This document shows positions 1 through 12,357 of a stretch of DNA of 64,000 nucleotides, piece after piece. Made by a program: the position numbers and the translations under genes. Every line of letters begins with the position of its first letter. Position 1 is the stretch's first letter. Location: NCBI GenBank assembly GCA_002633005.1, contig NMRA01000053.1:248001-312000 (forward strand), given 5' to 3'. Under the pieces are notes generated by a model that made no database searches, was not told the DNA's origin, and worked only from the letters and a program-made list of their open reading frames with translations. This DNA comes from Phoronis australis. Lineage: Eukaryota; Animalia; Phoronida.

Positions 1-649
1 AAACATTAAGTCGACCACTCTCAGAACAATACAAGACTAGAAAAACTACTAGTAGGTGAATATGGTCGATTAGGCCAAAAAACATTATTCTGGTCAGCGC
101 CCCAACTCATTTTGAAACCTGTGCCTTACTTCTTAAAGAAAAACAAAAAGCACCCACCCACATCAATTTCAGCCTAGGTGTAGAATTATCTTTTCAAAAG
201 CCGCTCAAACGCCTGCAAGTAAGGTTTTAAGTGACAGAGCTTGCTAAATCAACCACAGTTACCTGTGTGTTGGCAGTCAACAATTCATTTCCTGGCTGAG
301 CTGCTTTGAAAATTAGAATAAAAAAGAAAAACCCTCACCACTTTTGCTCATCTCAGGTGAATTCTTTTTTACCACACCACCGTGTCAATTATCAAAAGAA
401 AACAGACCAGAGTCAACTGGGCTTTTTTGGACTTGGGTATTGAAATGCCAGTTCATCTCTGGTCTTCACAAGACAAAATGGCTAAAACGCTTACTGCAAG
501 TTTTAGCCACACGATGCTCAAAGACCAAGAAATGTCCCATTGTCATCATAGTGCACATTACCAAAGGTGCGAGTCCATAACTAGATAAGAACAGATCTGA
601 CGTCTTTAGCGCTATACCAAGGGGCCGGTGCATAGCCTTGACAACCCAC

Positions 650-884
650 CTGTGTTTGATGGGGGTCACTGATTCATCATCGCCACTATGAGAGAGTCTT
701 CTCTTAGACTGGGGTGAGGTGAAGATCCTGAGTGCGTCGTACAGTCCCACCGCCGGGTCACTGATGTTGTTCTCCATCTCCTCCAAATTCTCGCTCATCT
801 CACCAAGGTCACCTGTACTCTCTCTCACTTGTTCAAAGTAAGTCAGTACGATCTTGCAGCAGTAAGTGCACGCTCTCAAGTCAC
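650..884 (-). CDS. PIKFYVE: PIKfyve exon completing the FYVE finger, plus linker
   Basis: ccaccag acceptor, AG|GTGGGT donor; (G)DLRACTYCCKIVLTYFEQVRESTGDLGEMSENLEEMENNISDPAVGLYDALRIFTSPQSKRRLSHSGDDESVTPIKH. GDLRACTYC is diagnostic of PIKfyve. The gene continues beyond the left edge. Confidence 0.9.
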
Positions 885-1340
885 CTGGTGGAGAATTAAA
901 GGGCAAAAGGTCATCCAAGGTCATTGAAGGTCATCTTACATCTACTAATCCCGTGATAAAGCTTCCACTTCCTCCCAAGTCTGACCTTTCAAATGTTCTT
1001 CTTCCTTGCTTTTCCCTGCACATGACACCACTAATAGCTTACAAGGAAATTTCTCAAAACATATTGTTTTCAATCATGAAGTACATTGTGACAAGGTAGA
1101 GATTTTTAAAAAAAACAAATGAATGAATTTCATCCACCAACTGTCAAGAAATAATTCAAATAAGAACATTGATAAGAACATGCCTGTCAAGTATTTTGAA
1201 GATCCTTCCAAGGGTTTATGAGACATACATATAGACAACCATACAGATAATAAGAACAGGCATCCACAAAATTTAGATAATTATTATATTGACATATAAA
1301 GAAAAGATACTCAAATAACACATTTGTTTTGAAACCACAC

Positions 1341-1530
1341 CTGTGTAACCCATTATTTTTCCTGGAACTGCCTGGTTACAGCAGCGACTACAGAAGATCT
1401 GTCCACAGATCCTGCAATGGTGACGCCGCCGGAACGTGTTGAACTTGTCGCCACACTCGTAGCACTCACGGCAGTTGTTGTCTGGCATCCAGTACTGCTT
1501 GAAGTCACTGTCTTTGTATACCTTGGGGAC
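1341..1530 (-). CDS. PIKFYVE: PIKfyve FYVE zinc-finger exon (copy in the left-hand duplicate block)
   Basis: Same 190-nt exon and same protein as 3443-3632; canonical AG/GT; phase 0-1. Confidence 0.9.
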
Positions 1531-1699
1531 CTGCAAAAATGAAGACCAATGATATTTAGAATTTGTCCATTTTTGTTGATCTCAAGAATCGAAGATCCAT
1601 GCAGTTATGAAGCTGTTAAAAGAATCCCACTCATTTATGTCACACATGCTCCAGACCAGGCTTCTATAACGGACCAGGCATTTATTAAGCCTGTCATAC

Positions 1700-1970
1700 T
1701 TTGACGCTGGAGATGAAAAGTCGTTGACTTCCATAGCTCATGCATAACCTCAAAATGGACCAAGCCGCACCTCAAAAGCAGCACTGAGGTGGACACCCAT
1801 TGGGTATAGGAAGCATTGCCAGGCTAGAACGGTGCGGCAGCATACCAATACAGTGGAGCTTGGGAAAGCTAGTCTGATCTGGCAAAGGCGCAACGCCAAA
1901 GGTGGCTAAGTGAAGGCAATTCCTTGACATCTCCTTCCTAAGGGACATGTCCCACAATTCACATGATAGT
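1700..1970 (+). mobile_element. RTE-clade LINE 3' fragment (second copy ~3800-4070)
   Basis: Degenerate translation RWR...KAALRWTPIG(Y/K)RK...TVELGKASLIW...KWRQFL resembles the RTE ORF C-terminus. Confidence 0.6.
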
Positions 1971-2465
1971 CAGTATCCATTACACACTCATTGCTTTCCC
2001 AATTGGTTGCAGGGAGGAGTGCATAGCCTAGTGATCAAGCTGATGTAATCAATTCTCAGCTAGTCTTTTGTCACACCTGGCTATGTCAATTGGGGTATGG
2101 TGTTCTGGTCATTACAGGGCATTATCTGAAGTTCTCATGCCTTGTCTGAGTCCGCCAATTCTAAAAACTGACTGTCACTCTCTGATGGTCAGTAAAGGGG
2201 TATAGGGCTGGTAATGTAAAGTGATGCAATTGTTGAACTGTGTTACAACAAAACCTCTGTAAAAATCATTTTAATCAATGTTCACTGAAACCAAATCAAT
2301 TTGTACTTAATAGTTCAATTAATTTGGGACTCGTGGAATGAAACGTCGTAAGCAAGCGAAAGTAACACACGTTGTGAAGAGATTTGATGGTGCTTATGTT
2401 CAACCGAGTTGAATAATGAACCTTTGTGGCTAAAACAGGAGAAACAATTAACAGTACACTACTAT

Positions 2466-2842
2466 CATGGTAAAATTCTCTAATTTGGGACAGTCTCTAA
2501 AACTTGGGACATGGAACTTCAAGCAGAAATCAAATTTTCTTAATTCTGAAGATTCTGACATGGTAGACTTTGACATTCATCATACTTCTCAAAACCCAGT
2601 CACTGCACTTTTGTATCCAGAGTCTGAAATTAGACTTGGCAGTTTATAAAATCATCAAAAATAGCTGTCAACCTTTCCATGCATCCTCATAGTGTGTAAC
2701 ATGGAAGTGAATGGACATTTTTTATTGATACTAATTCTTGAATTTGGGACGAGCAATACTGCCTAATTCTAAAACTTAGTACACGTTCTGACCTTGAGCA
2801 AAACATTTTTTTTCTGTCCCAAACTGGAGAATATTTACCATG
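2466..2842. mobile_element. MITE with ~28-bp TIRs (CATGGTAAAATTCTCTAATTTGGGACAG); relatives at 4595-4971, ~28768-29155 and, inverted and partial, ~37930-38178
   Basis: The ends are near reverse complements, and internal sequence is shared among the copies. Confidence 0.7.
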
Positions 2843-2854
2843 CTCGCAGTTCCN

Positions 2855-2985
2855 CGGGTCACTGATGTTGTTCTCCATCTCCTCCAAATTCTCGCTCATC
2901 TCACCAAGGTCACCTGTACTCTCTCTCACTTGTTCAAAGTAAGTCAGTACGATCTTGCAGCAGTAAGTGCACGCTCTCAAGTCAC
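2855..2985 (-). CDS. PIKFYVE: PIKfyve post-FYVE exon, partial copy cut at the N junction
   Basis: GDLRACTYCCKIVLTYFEQ...NISDP matches 754-884 and stops abruptly at the single N at 2854. Confidence 0.6.
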
Positions 2986-3442
2986 CTGGTGGAAAATTAA
3001 AGGGCAAAAGGTCATCCAAGGTCATTGAAGGTCATCTTACATCTACTAATCCCGTGATAAAGCTTCCACTTCCTCCCAAGTCTGACCTTTCAAATGTTCT
3101 TCTTCCTTGCTTTTCCCTGCACATGACACCACTACTAGATTACAAGGAAATTTTTCAAAAAGATATTGTTTTAAATCCTGAAGTACATTGTGATTCAAGG
3201 TAGATTTTTTAAACAAACAAATGAATGAATTTCATCCACCAACTGTCAAAAAATAATTCAAATAAGAACATTGATAAGAACATGCCTGTCAAGTATTTTG
3301 AAGATCCTTCCAAGGGTTTATGAGACATACAAATAGACAAACATACAGATAATAAGAACAGGCATCCACAAAATTTAGATAATTATTATATTGACAAATA
3401 AAGAAAAGATACTCAAATAACACATTTGTTTTGAAAGCACAC

Positions 3443-3632
3443 CTGTGTAACCCATTATTTTTCCTGGAACTGCCTGGTTACAGCAGCGACTACAGAAGAT
3501 CTGTCCACAGATCCTGCAATGGTGACGCCGCCGGAACGTGTTGAACTTGTCGCCACACTCGTAGCACTCACGGCAATTGTTGTCTGGCATCCAGTACTGC
3601 TTGAAGTCACTGTCTTTGTATACTTTGGGGAC
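3443..3632 (-). CDS. PIKFYVE: PIKfyve FYVE zinc-finger exon (copy in the right-hand duplicate block)
   Basis: ttttgcag acceptor, G|GTGTGC donor; VPKVYKDSDFKQYWMPDNNCRECYECGDKFNTFRRRHHCRICGQIFCSRCCNQAVPGKIMGYT. Has the WxxD and RRHHCR motifs and the PIKfyve-typical DSDxKQYWMPD. Confidence 0.9.
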
Positions 3633-5065
3633 CTGCAAAAATGAAGACCAGTGATATTTAGAATTTGTCCATTTTTGTTGATCTCAAGAATCGAAGATCC
3701 ATGCAGTTATGAAGCTGTTAAAAGAATCCCACTCATTTATGTCACACATGCTCCAGACCTGACTTCTATAAGGGACCAGGCATTTATTAAGCCTGTCATA
3801 CTTTGACGCTGGAGATGAAATGTCGTTGACCACCATAGCTCATGCATAACCTCAGAATGGACCAAGCCGCACCTCAAAGGCAGCACTGAGGTGGACACCC
3901 ATTGGGAAAAGGAAGCAGTGCCAGGCTAGAACAGTGCAGCAGCATACCAATACAGTGGAGCTTGGGAAAGCTAGTCTGATTTGGCAAAGGCGCAATGCCA
4001 AACGTGGCTAAGTGGAGGCAATTCCTTAACATCTCCTTCCTAAGGGACATGTCCCACAATTCACATGATAGTCAGTATCCATTACACACTCATTACTTTC
4101 CCAATTGGTTGCAGGGAGGAGTGCATAGTCTAGTGATCAAGCTGATGTAATCAATTCTCAGCTAGTCTTTTGTCACACCTGGCAGTGTCAATTGGGGTAT
4201 GGTGTTCTGGTCATTACAGGGCATTATCTGAAGTTCTCATGCCTTGTCTGAGTCTGCCAATTCTGAAAACTGACTGTCACTCTCTGATGGTCAGTGAGTA
4301 AAGGAGGATAGGGCTGGTAATGTAAAGTGATGCGATTGTTGAACTGTGTTACAACAAAACCTCAGAAACGATCATTCAGATCAATGTTCCATGCAACCAA
4401 ATCAATTTGTATATAATAGTTCAATTAATTTGGGACTCGTGGAATGAAACGTCGTAAGCAAGCGAAAGTAACACACATTGTGAAGAGATTTGATGGTGTT
4501 TATGTTCAAGCGAGTTGAATAAAGTTTTAACCATTGAACTAGAAATGAACCTTTGTGGCTAAAACAGGAGAAACAATTAACAGTGCACTACTATCATGGT
4601 AAAATTCTGTAATTTGGGACAGTCTCTAAAACTTGGGACATGGAAATTCAAGCAGAAATCAAATTTTCTTAATTCTGAAGATTCTGACATGGTAGACTTT
4701 GACATTCATCATATTTCTCAAAACCCAGTCACTGCACTTTTGTATTCAGAGTCTGAAATTAGACTTGGCCGTTTATAAAATCATCAAAAATAGCTGTCAA
4801 CCTTTCCATGCATCCTCATAGTGTGTAACATGGAAGTGAATGACCATTTTTTATTGATACTAATTCTTGAATTTGGGATGAGCAATACTGCCTAATTCTA
4901 AAACTTAGTACACGTTCTGACCTTGAGCAAAACATTTTTTTTCTGTCCCAAACTGGAGAATATTTACCATGCTCGCAGTTCCCATTTATCTCAAGTTCTA
5001 TCATAAGAACACAATTACAATCAAGCCAACATAGACGAGGACTCAACAGTTGACTGAGTTATGAC

Positions 5066-5175
5066 CTGTGTTTTCCTGTCCATTAGTTTGCCCAGTCGTC
5101 GAAGAACTCCATCGAACGTTCTGTGAATCATGGCTTCTTTTCCAACTTGCTCTTCGCTGCCTTCCAATGATTTCT
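5066..5175 (-). CDS. PIKFYVE: PIKfyve coding exon 3 (pre-FYVE helix)
   Basis: tttttcag acceptor and CAG|GTCATA donor; 110 nt, phase 1-0. KSLEGSEEQVGKEAMIHRTFDGVLRRLGKLMDRKTQ resembles PIKfyve RSLSTVLKRLKEIMEGKSQ and joins the FYVE exon in frame. Confidence 0.85.
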
Positions 5176-6487
5176 CTGAAAAATGTAAATAATCAACATA
5201 AAAGGAAAGCCAATACCTTTCCTGGTGCTTTTAATTTAATAGTTTTATGTTCACTAATGACAAAGGTCTCCAAGGAAAAAGCAAAACTTCTCACCATCCA
5301 TATATAATGAATAAACTACATGTACAAAGAGTAGCTCTTTCTCTTATGTTGATTCTTTGACCAGATACTGACATTATACAGCACAGAGAATGTTATCAGA
5401 GGTCAAGTTTCGCAGATGGGCCCTGACAAGAAAAAAATTAGGTCAATCACCTAAGCACAAGTGAATAACACTCACAGCACCAAAATAAAATTGAAAAACA
5501 AAAACAGCAATGCTGGCTCTTTTTTGCTAGAGACGAGTGGGGCTGCCTGGAATTTGGGCCATGCTGAGAGATATAAAAAGAAAAGGTTTCATGTGTGTCA
5601 ACACCAGTCAGATACCTGAAGTTCATAGCACCTGCAAGCAATTTTCATAACACGTCTGCATTTTCTAGTTTACCATTAAGTTTTAAAATAGCACCTCCTA
5701 CCCTGAAACCTAATATAGCTGCTGTCAAAAATGTATGCATAAAATCGTCAACCTTGAAGAACAGTCTATGAACATTTTACACTATAACTGGAGCCCACTT
5801 CACTTATCTGAACTTATGCAACTAAATAAGGGAGGATGTCCAGTGTTGAACTGTGTCTTATCTTAACTGAACTGGCCTTAGACCTCTTTTTCTACAATAA
5901 ATAGAAAATTAGCCAGGCATGTGCTATTTACCAAAGAATCCTTCACAATAAAAGATCATCACCCATACTATTCATTGAATGCCAGCTAGACATTTTTCGG
6001 CCTGTAGTTCCAGTAACCCATTGTTTATGTACTGCCGTGCATTGTGGTTCAACTGATCTCCCATCTGAGCACTCAATGTTTTGCATGTACTCAACTGAAT
6101 ATGATTTATAGTCAGTAAAGTGAAACATCGTGTTTATAATAAATGTCTGACTGTGTGTTATGGCATTTATTTTTCAATTTTTAATCTTGCACTAAGCAGT
6201 GTATCTATTCCAGAGTGTTGACTGGTCAGTGATGAACCGTCGTGTTGACTCGGGTCAATGACTGGCCACAAATCATTTTCACAATAACAATTATATACTA
6301 AGAAACAATTCAATCCGCAACTTTCATCTCACTATACAATCACTCTAAAATATTCATTTGACCTGTGCAATACATAATCACATGGATGACCTGATTAATA
6401 CCCAACTGCTACATTATAGGTATAGGCTCTCAACCTATCTTCACAGGTCTAATATTCACCCAACCTCATTGGATATTCATTGAGTAC

Positions 6488-6643
6488 CTGAAGCTGAGCT
6501 GGCAGTGCTTGGAGACTGTCGTTTTGTTTCTGGTGTAGGGGGTGCTTCCATCGGCCTCACGGTGTCCAGCGTGGATGGGCGAACAGTTTTGGCAGTGGTA
6601 GGGCGAACAGACTGTTTCACTGAACGTGATGGAGAAGAGGAAC
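6488..6643 (-). CDS. PIKFYVE: PIKfyve coding exon 2 (Ser/Pro/Thr-rich N-terminal region)
   Basis: tttcgtcag acceptor and G|GTACTC donor; 156 nt, phase 1-1, open frame SSSPSRSVKQSVRPTTAKTVRPSTLDTVRPMEAPPTPETKRQSPSTASSAS. Confidence 0.75.
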
Positions 6644-9359
6644 CTGACGAAAGATCAAAGATAGTCGTAGCTTCATTTTGACAGCCAACTTCTCAGGCTT
6701 AAAAGTCTACACTAAGTCATGAAGAAACTTAACTAGCCACTAAAGTAAAGAAAGGATTTACAAGTTTTGTCGCAAAATTTTCATGCACATAAAGTGACCA
6801 CAATGCCTCCATTTTGGAACCAAATATTGGCCAACTCCCGTATGAAATATTTATAAATGATGCAAAATTACCCTCACCAGACCCAAAAATTCCTCTTCAA
6901 TGATTAGAAAATACCCTCAAGATAAGGATCACTTTGGTGAAACATTAGTCTAGACTTCTCAAGACATTGCCAATGAAGAGTGGCGACAGGGAATACTTGG
7001 TTCTGAAAAGTGGTGTTGAATTTTTCCCTCAACAAAAAATTCCCTTCTCAGAAGGTACACCTTTCCACTCAAGTGTGTGTGACAGCCCTGATGTATAAAT
7101 TACAGAGATTTACGCGCAAAACATGCTTTGTGACTGGAAAAAAATATGAACACGTGACAACAAATGTGTGGATATTATTTTTGTCCACATTCCTTCGGGT
7201 AATAAGGATTTGAAAACAAATAGGTTTAAAGGGTCGTCAATCAGTATTTAAAACACATCCGAAAAGCCGTAATTCGCTGTAACAAAGGCTTTCAGTTACC
7301 TTAATCACCAGAGCTGATTTATCCGAGGACACTATAAAATCAGTCATAACAAAAATGGTAATGATCGTGATCTAACAAGAGTTAACTGGTTATATTCATA
7401 GACGCAACAAATGTCACCAATTACCAAGGATTACATATAGCGATAATTCTAACACCTTAATCAAAGACTGACTTAGTCGATAAGATAACTGTAATCCCAA
7501 TATGAGTTATCCAATTGGAAATTGTTGTAAAAATTAATCATTCCACAAAGTCATCGGGTTTTGCACTTTGTTCAGTCTGAAGTCATTCATGAGTCAACAA
7601 TAACAGGACCTAAAACAAGTATTTGATCTATCAAATTCATTAGTTAACACTCTGCATAGTGTTCTCCCTAAATGTTATTACTGTAAATGTTTTTAATAGA
7701 GCCATATTTCCATAGCCCTGAGCTATGTTTCAAAGCACGGTAAAATGTGACACCAAACACTATGCTCTGGCCTCAAACAACAGACGTATTTGCTCTTCCG
7801 AAACAGCACGTCACTCTCATTGTGTCCTTGTTCTTCATTTGAATAGAAATTGCTGATGATAAACCTGCAGTTTCACTGATAGCATTACTAATTCTGCGGC
7901 TGAAGTACTAAAGAATAGCCCGTTCTTCTCAACCTCGCTTCTAGTCTGAGTTTTAAGAACAATGTGAGAGCAACTTTATAATAGAAAGAGCCTTGAATTA
8001 AAAAACTGATAATCAAAAAGCATGTTTTACTGCACCTTAAATCTCAGATGGCGCCCGAGTCTGCATGTCACAAGCCGTCGTGCCTTAGTTTAACAAACCC
8101 CTTTGTTGAGTGAAAAGCATTCACCTGAAGCTCAATGCATGCAAACATGCCAATCCTGAGATACTGTGACCCGAGCAGCAGAGCATTTCTCTCCCAAGAC
8201 CACACAACCAAGCAGTGGTATCCCATGTCTTGCTAGCATCCCACGTAAAGTCTCTGCATGTGTGTGTACTTTAAGTGACCAGTTCCTAATGACTACTTAG
8301 CATATTTGTTACTAAAATGACAGAGATCAGACTGTACCTGAGTCAGCTTTCTTCAGAAAAGTTCACGAAACCATATCAACTGACTCAATGAAAGCTTGCA
8401 GTCTTCTCGAGCTTTCCAGGAACCTATTCCATATCATTCATTTATGGAAATATTCCATAGATCCTAGGATATTAAGTTCATGTACAACGTCGTTCCTAAG
8501 TCTAACCCCTACACAAGCAGCTGGATGATAGGTGTGGATGATAGGTGTGCAGACCACAGCCATCAACAGACTCACCCATACTGAAATGTTCCCAGCCGAA
8601 GTTCATGACAAATGCCGAAACGCCAGTATTCCTCTCATCAAGTAATTCTATAGGAAATTACATCAGGCAAAATTTAATCTTAACTTTAATGGACTTTTTT
8701 GCAATAGTTTATTAAATAGTTTGTTGTCGGTGACAACAAACTGAAAAACAAATGCATTTTTAATTGCTTTAATTCTGACTCTATGCAACTGTCAAAAATC
8801 ACAGCATTCATTTAGGTCAAGGCCAATATATAAATAATAATTTGGTTCTCATCTGTGGTTGATTTGACAATTGATAAGCTGGTGCGTTACTTTTAGCCAA
8901 TGTTTCTTGAAACATAAAAATTCATCTGATATTTAAGTAGCATAAACTGGCAAAGTATTTTTCTGTATCCAGCTCAAACAGTGATGCAGTGACATGGTTG
9001 GGGAGAGGGAGCTATCAGCTATGCTTCTGCGGACAAGGGGTCATGGATTTTCTTCGCTCCCCACTAAAGGAAACCTTCATATGCCGCTATAGTCATTTTA
9101 AGTGATGTTGAGTTGGAAATCACATCTATGCGTACATGATTTTAACACCTGTGTTATTTGTCGTTTGTTTGTACAATCACATAAAAACCAATAAACCATT
9201 CTTACCACTTTAAGTTTGTGTTTCAGGTAATACAGTCGTGCGAAGGTTTTCTAATCAAAGCTAAATTTAGATTGCAGTCATCATAAGGTTACACTCAAAG
9301 TTCACTCAACAACGTCTCCATTTTTACCTAAACGTATGAGGCGTGTTGATCATATGTAC

Positions 9360-9760
9360 GACCTTAACACAGTAAACTTATTATTTCCTGAAAGTAGGTA
9401 GTCTATAGTAGTTGATTGTTGACTTTTGACCAATCTGTTATTAATTGGGTCATGTGATCATGTATTTTGGTAAAATTAAGCAAAATGAAAAGTTATGATA
9501 GCAAAGAATGGTATCAACAACAAGATGTTAATATAATATATATATTTTGTTTTCGTTTTATGCAACTTTAAACATTTTTCTTGAAAATTGTTCAAGTCCA
9601 ATTTTTATAGGCCCTCATGCAAAAGTGGAACATTTTAAAACAATTCCTAACACTGTTTTCAAAGCATAGTCTCTTGAAGTTTCAAGTGAATACCATCAAC
9701 CATTTCTGAGATATGATGTTCTGAAGTCATCCAAACTTGGAATTTTTATAGGATCCTACA
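9360..9760. mobile_element. Partial copy of a MITE family with TGTAGG...CCTACA ends
   Basis: Shares ccatttctgagatatgatgttctgaagt...cctaca with 26188-26717, and in reverse with ~41580-42900 and 55947-56380. Confidence 0.55.
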
Positions 9761-10802
9761 AACTTCAATTGATCTGTTGTCAAGCGCACTAAAAAGAAAT
9801 ATTCACTGATATTTTGTGGTGAGAGCTGAGTGTCTTGAGTCATGAAATACAGCCACTCAACAGTTCTTGTTTCTATGGCTACACTGTGGTTGGAATGGAG
9901 CTCATAAATGTTAACTGGATAAATGAACAGCTTCATTCTTCTTTTTCAGATGTTAGTCATTTTTACCAGCCGATGATGAGCACCATATAACTTCAAGGCA
10001 GTGATAATACAGCCAAATAGTCAAGACACTAGCCAAACACCAGTTACATGAATATATTTGTGAGGTTTTTGAAAATCAACATATGCATTAAATTTTTGTC
10101 AAAAGTGATGCGGGTGAGCCCTTTCTCTATTCTTCACAGCTTCAAAAATAAGTCAAGAGCAGGCCAGAAGCGAAATGCTTTTTGGCCTCATGATACTATC
10201 AGTGAGGAACAGATGACACTCTATGTACAACATGATCTATTCACATTAATGAAGTGAGGAAATTTCCTTGTAACATACTTCACCACAGAACGAAATATAA
10301 TCCCCATTGAAATATATCCATGTAAATTTTCCATTTGTTTTCAAGTTATAATTTTGACCACTTACACAGCTCAAAATTGACGAATTTTTGTACAGAACTG
10401 TAACACAAAACCTTAACCTTGATTTGATTATATATTCTAGTGAGCATGATAGACAGAGTAGACAAAATGCATTATTCTCTCAGAAACGGACATTTTGCAG
10501 TATTTCTCCTTTTGTGTGAATCACTTGAATATCCCACTGCGTAACAGTGGTAATTTGATGACATCTTAATCACAAAGAATTTGTAAAAAACCAACGAAAT
10601 TCCATGGCTGCAGTGAACTGTAGGTGACGCAGGATGTCCTCTATCAAGCACTTGCCACCTAGTGTCGTGAATATGTAAACGTTATAATGAAAAAACATAT
10701 CGCTCTGATGCTTTGAAGCCTCTCCCGAATTAATTCAGTATACAGCCTGTGAACAAAAAACGACTATACATTTTTAAAACTGTTTGAAAACTAAGAGTTT
10801 AC

Positions 10803-10926
10803 CTTTCTTGCCAAGAATCCATGATATGATACTAGTGGATCTCTGATCTTCAAAACTGAGATGCGCAAACTCTGTCAATGTCTCTCTTTCTTTCTCACAA
10901 TCTTGGTACAGGGGATTTGTCGCCAT
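10803..10926 (-). CDS. PIKFYVE: PIKfyve (1-phosphatidylinositol-3-phosphate 5-kinase) first coding exon
   Basis: Acceptor ttttag just upstream (exon starts 10939). AAAATGGCG start; translates MATNPLYQDCEKERETLTEFAHLSFEDQRSTSIISWILGKK(G); donor G|GTAAAC, phase 1. MAT...LTEF..L resembles the PIKfyve N-terminus (MAT...LTHFKPL), and the phase matches the next exon. Confidence 0.8.
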
Positions 10927-10999
10927 TTTTACTTACTTCCTAAAAAGTTAGGTTTACAAGCTCTAGACAAAATACACAAGTGACACAAACAGTGGATAT

Positions 11000-11800
11000 G
11001 GAATCATCCCCTGGCACCAGCAATGTAAAAATGGCCTGTTGCCAATTTGGGCAAACAACATTTTTCTCGAGCAGCCCTTCATTCAGTAGCCCAGAACAGC
11101 AACTGGCCATATTTACATTGCTTGTGCCAGGGTAAATGGCGTCATATTTGATTGAGCTAAGAATAGTTAAAGACATCAACAGTCTCCTAAAGCCTCTTAA
11201 GGTGTCCCTCTATGCCCAAATGGTTACTTAAAGCAACATGCCTTTGATGGTTTAAAGAGTGCCAGGCACAATTCACCGAAGAGTTTCCGACGTATGGAGC
11301 ACCAATTGAATGCCTCTACTGCAGCCAGTTGAGACAGTGCCCAAACTGTCAACTGGCCATTTTTATTCTGCTCACACCAGGGGACATGATGTCATATCAC
11401 CTGGTGTGAGCAGTGTAAAAATGGCCAGTTGCCAATTTAGGCAATAAAACAAAGGACTGCTAAAAAAAGTTTGAATACGGGACTAATTGTTCGAGTTTGA
11501 TGGAGTTAAAGACATTGACGGCCTCCCAAGGAACGTAGAGCAATGTGACATTGATGGTTTAATCAAAGTGAGGCATAATTTGTTGAAAAGCTTGCAGCAT
11601 ATGAAGGGCCAATGGGATGGCCACCACCTCTACAGATAGTTGAGATGGTGGCACTGGTGCTCAAAATGTGGCCGCCAGGGTCGCAACTCTGATACCTGAA
11701 CAAAATGGCACCATTCACATGTGAGACATCTTAATTACCAAATTATTTGTTGACTGGGAAGGATTTAAACTCAAGTTTAAAGACATTGACAGCCTCCAAA
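11000..11800. repeat. Composite repeat with inverted arms and three gttaaagacat-type direct units
   Basis: Inverted pairs at ~11008-11045/11100-11133 and 11351-11381/11400-11430; direct motif at ~11165, ~11505 and ~11776. Confidence 0.6.
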
Positions 11801-11801
11801 G

Positions 11802-12180
11802 GTGTTTCTCATGTATAAGACCATGCTCAACCTGGTTGCCTTCTCCAGTTACCTGCTACCCTTACATATTTCTAGTTCAGGTGATTGCCACTTTCATACC
11901 TTTGAGAGAACATACATTTGCACTGCATACTACGCAAATTCTTTCTTTCCATCTACTGTTTTACTTTGGAATAGACTTCCACAACATGCCATTTCATCAG
12001 AAACAATGAGATGTTCACGAGTCACATTTCAAATATCAACCTTACTTAGTAAGTAATAAAACCTGTTTTTATCTTGGCACTAACCCGCACTTTTCTTCAC
12101 AGTTATGCATGGTTCAAATTTATCAATAACACGCACGTAACTTCAGTTTTTCGAACACTTGTTCTACTTCAAAGAAGAAC
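11802..12180 (+). mobile_element. CR1/L2-type LINE 3' fragment
   Basis: ORF ...YKTMLNLVA...YANSFFPSTVLLWNRLP resembles the SFFPRT..WN.LP C-terminal motif of CR1/L2 ORF2; short gaa-type tail follows. Confidence 0.65.
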
Positions 12181-12357
12181 GATAATCAGTGTCGCCTATG
12201 TTGGAGTAACAGAGTCGCTGCTAAGACTGAGGTTGTTTTGACAGTCCATAGCAACAGAGAAGCCCTTGGCCAGACCGTACAGTGAGTTCTCTTACCATGT
12301 AATGTCAGCTCTGGGAGTTCAAAACATATCGTTAAAATACAGATAGCTGTACCATAT

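Larger units (their letters stand above)
754..4982. repeat. 2.1-kb direct duplication (754-2853 / 2855-4982) joined by a single N; probable allelic overlap artefact
   Basis: Both copies begin cgggtcactgatg and end gctcgcagttcc. They differ by scattered SNPs and small indels, and the junction falls mid-exon. Confidence 0.9.

Noticed and set aside
263-581. Two possible further PIKfyve exons (YGLAPLVMCT...AKTC and AQPGNELLTANTQ) with compatible phases
   Set aside because: Splice signals are plausible, but I see no PIKfyve similarity, so they cannot be supported without transcripts.
8338-8423. AG/GT-bounded segment on the minus strand as an extra PIKfyve exon
   Set aside because: It has a stop codon in the required phase-1 frame.
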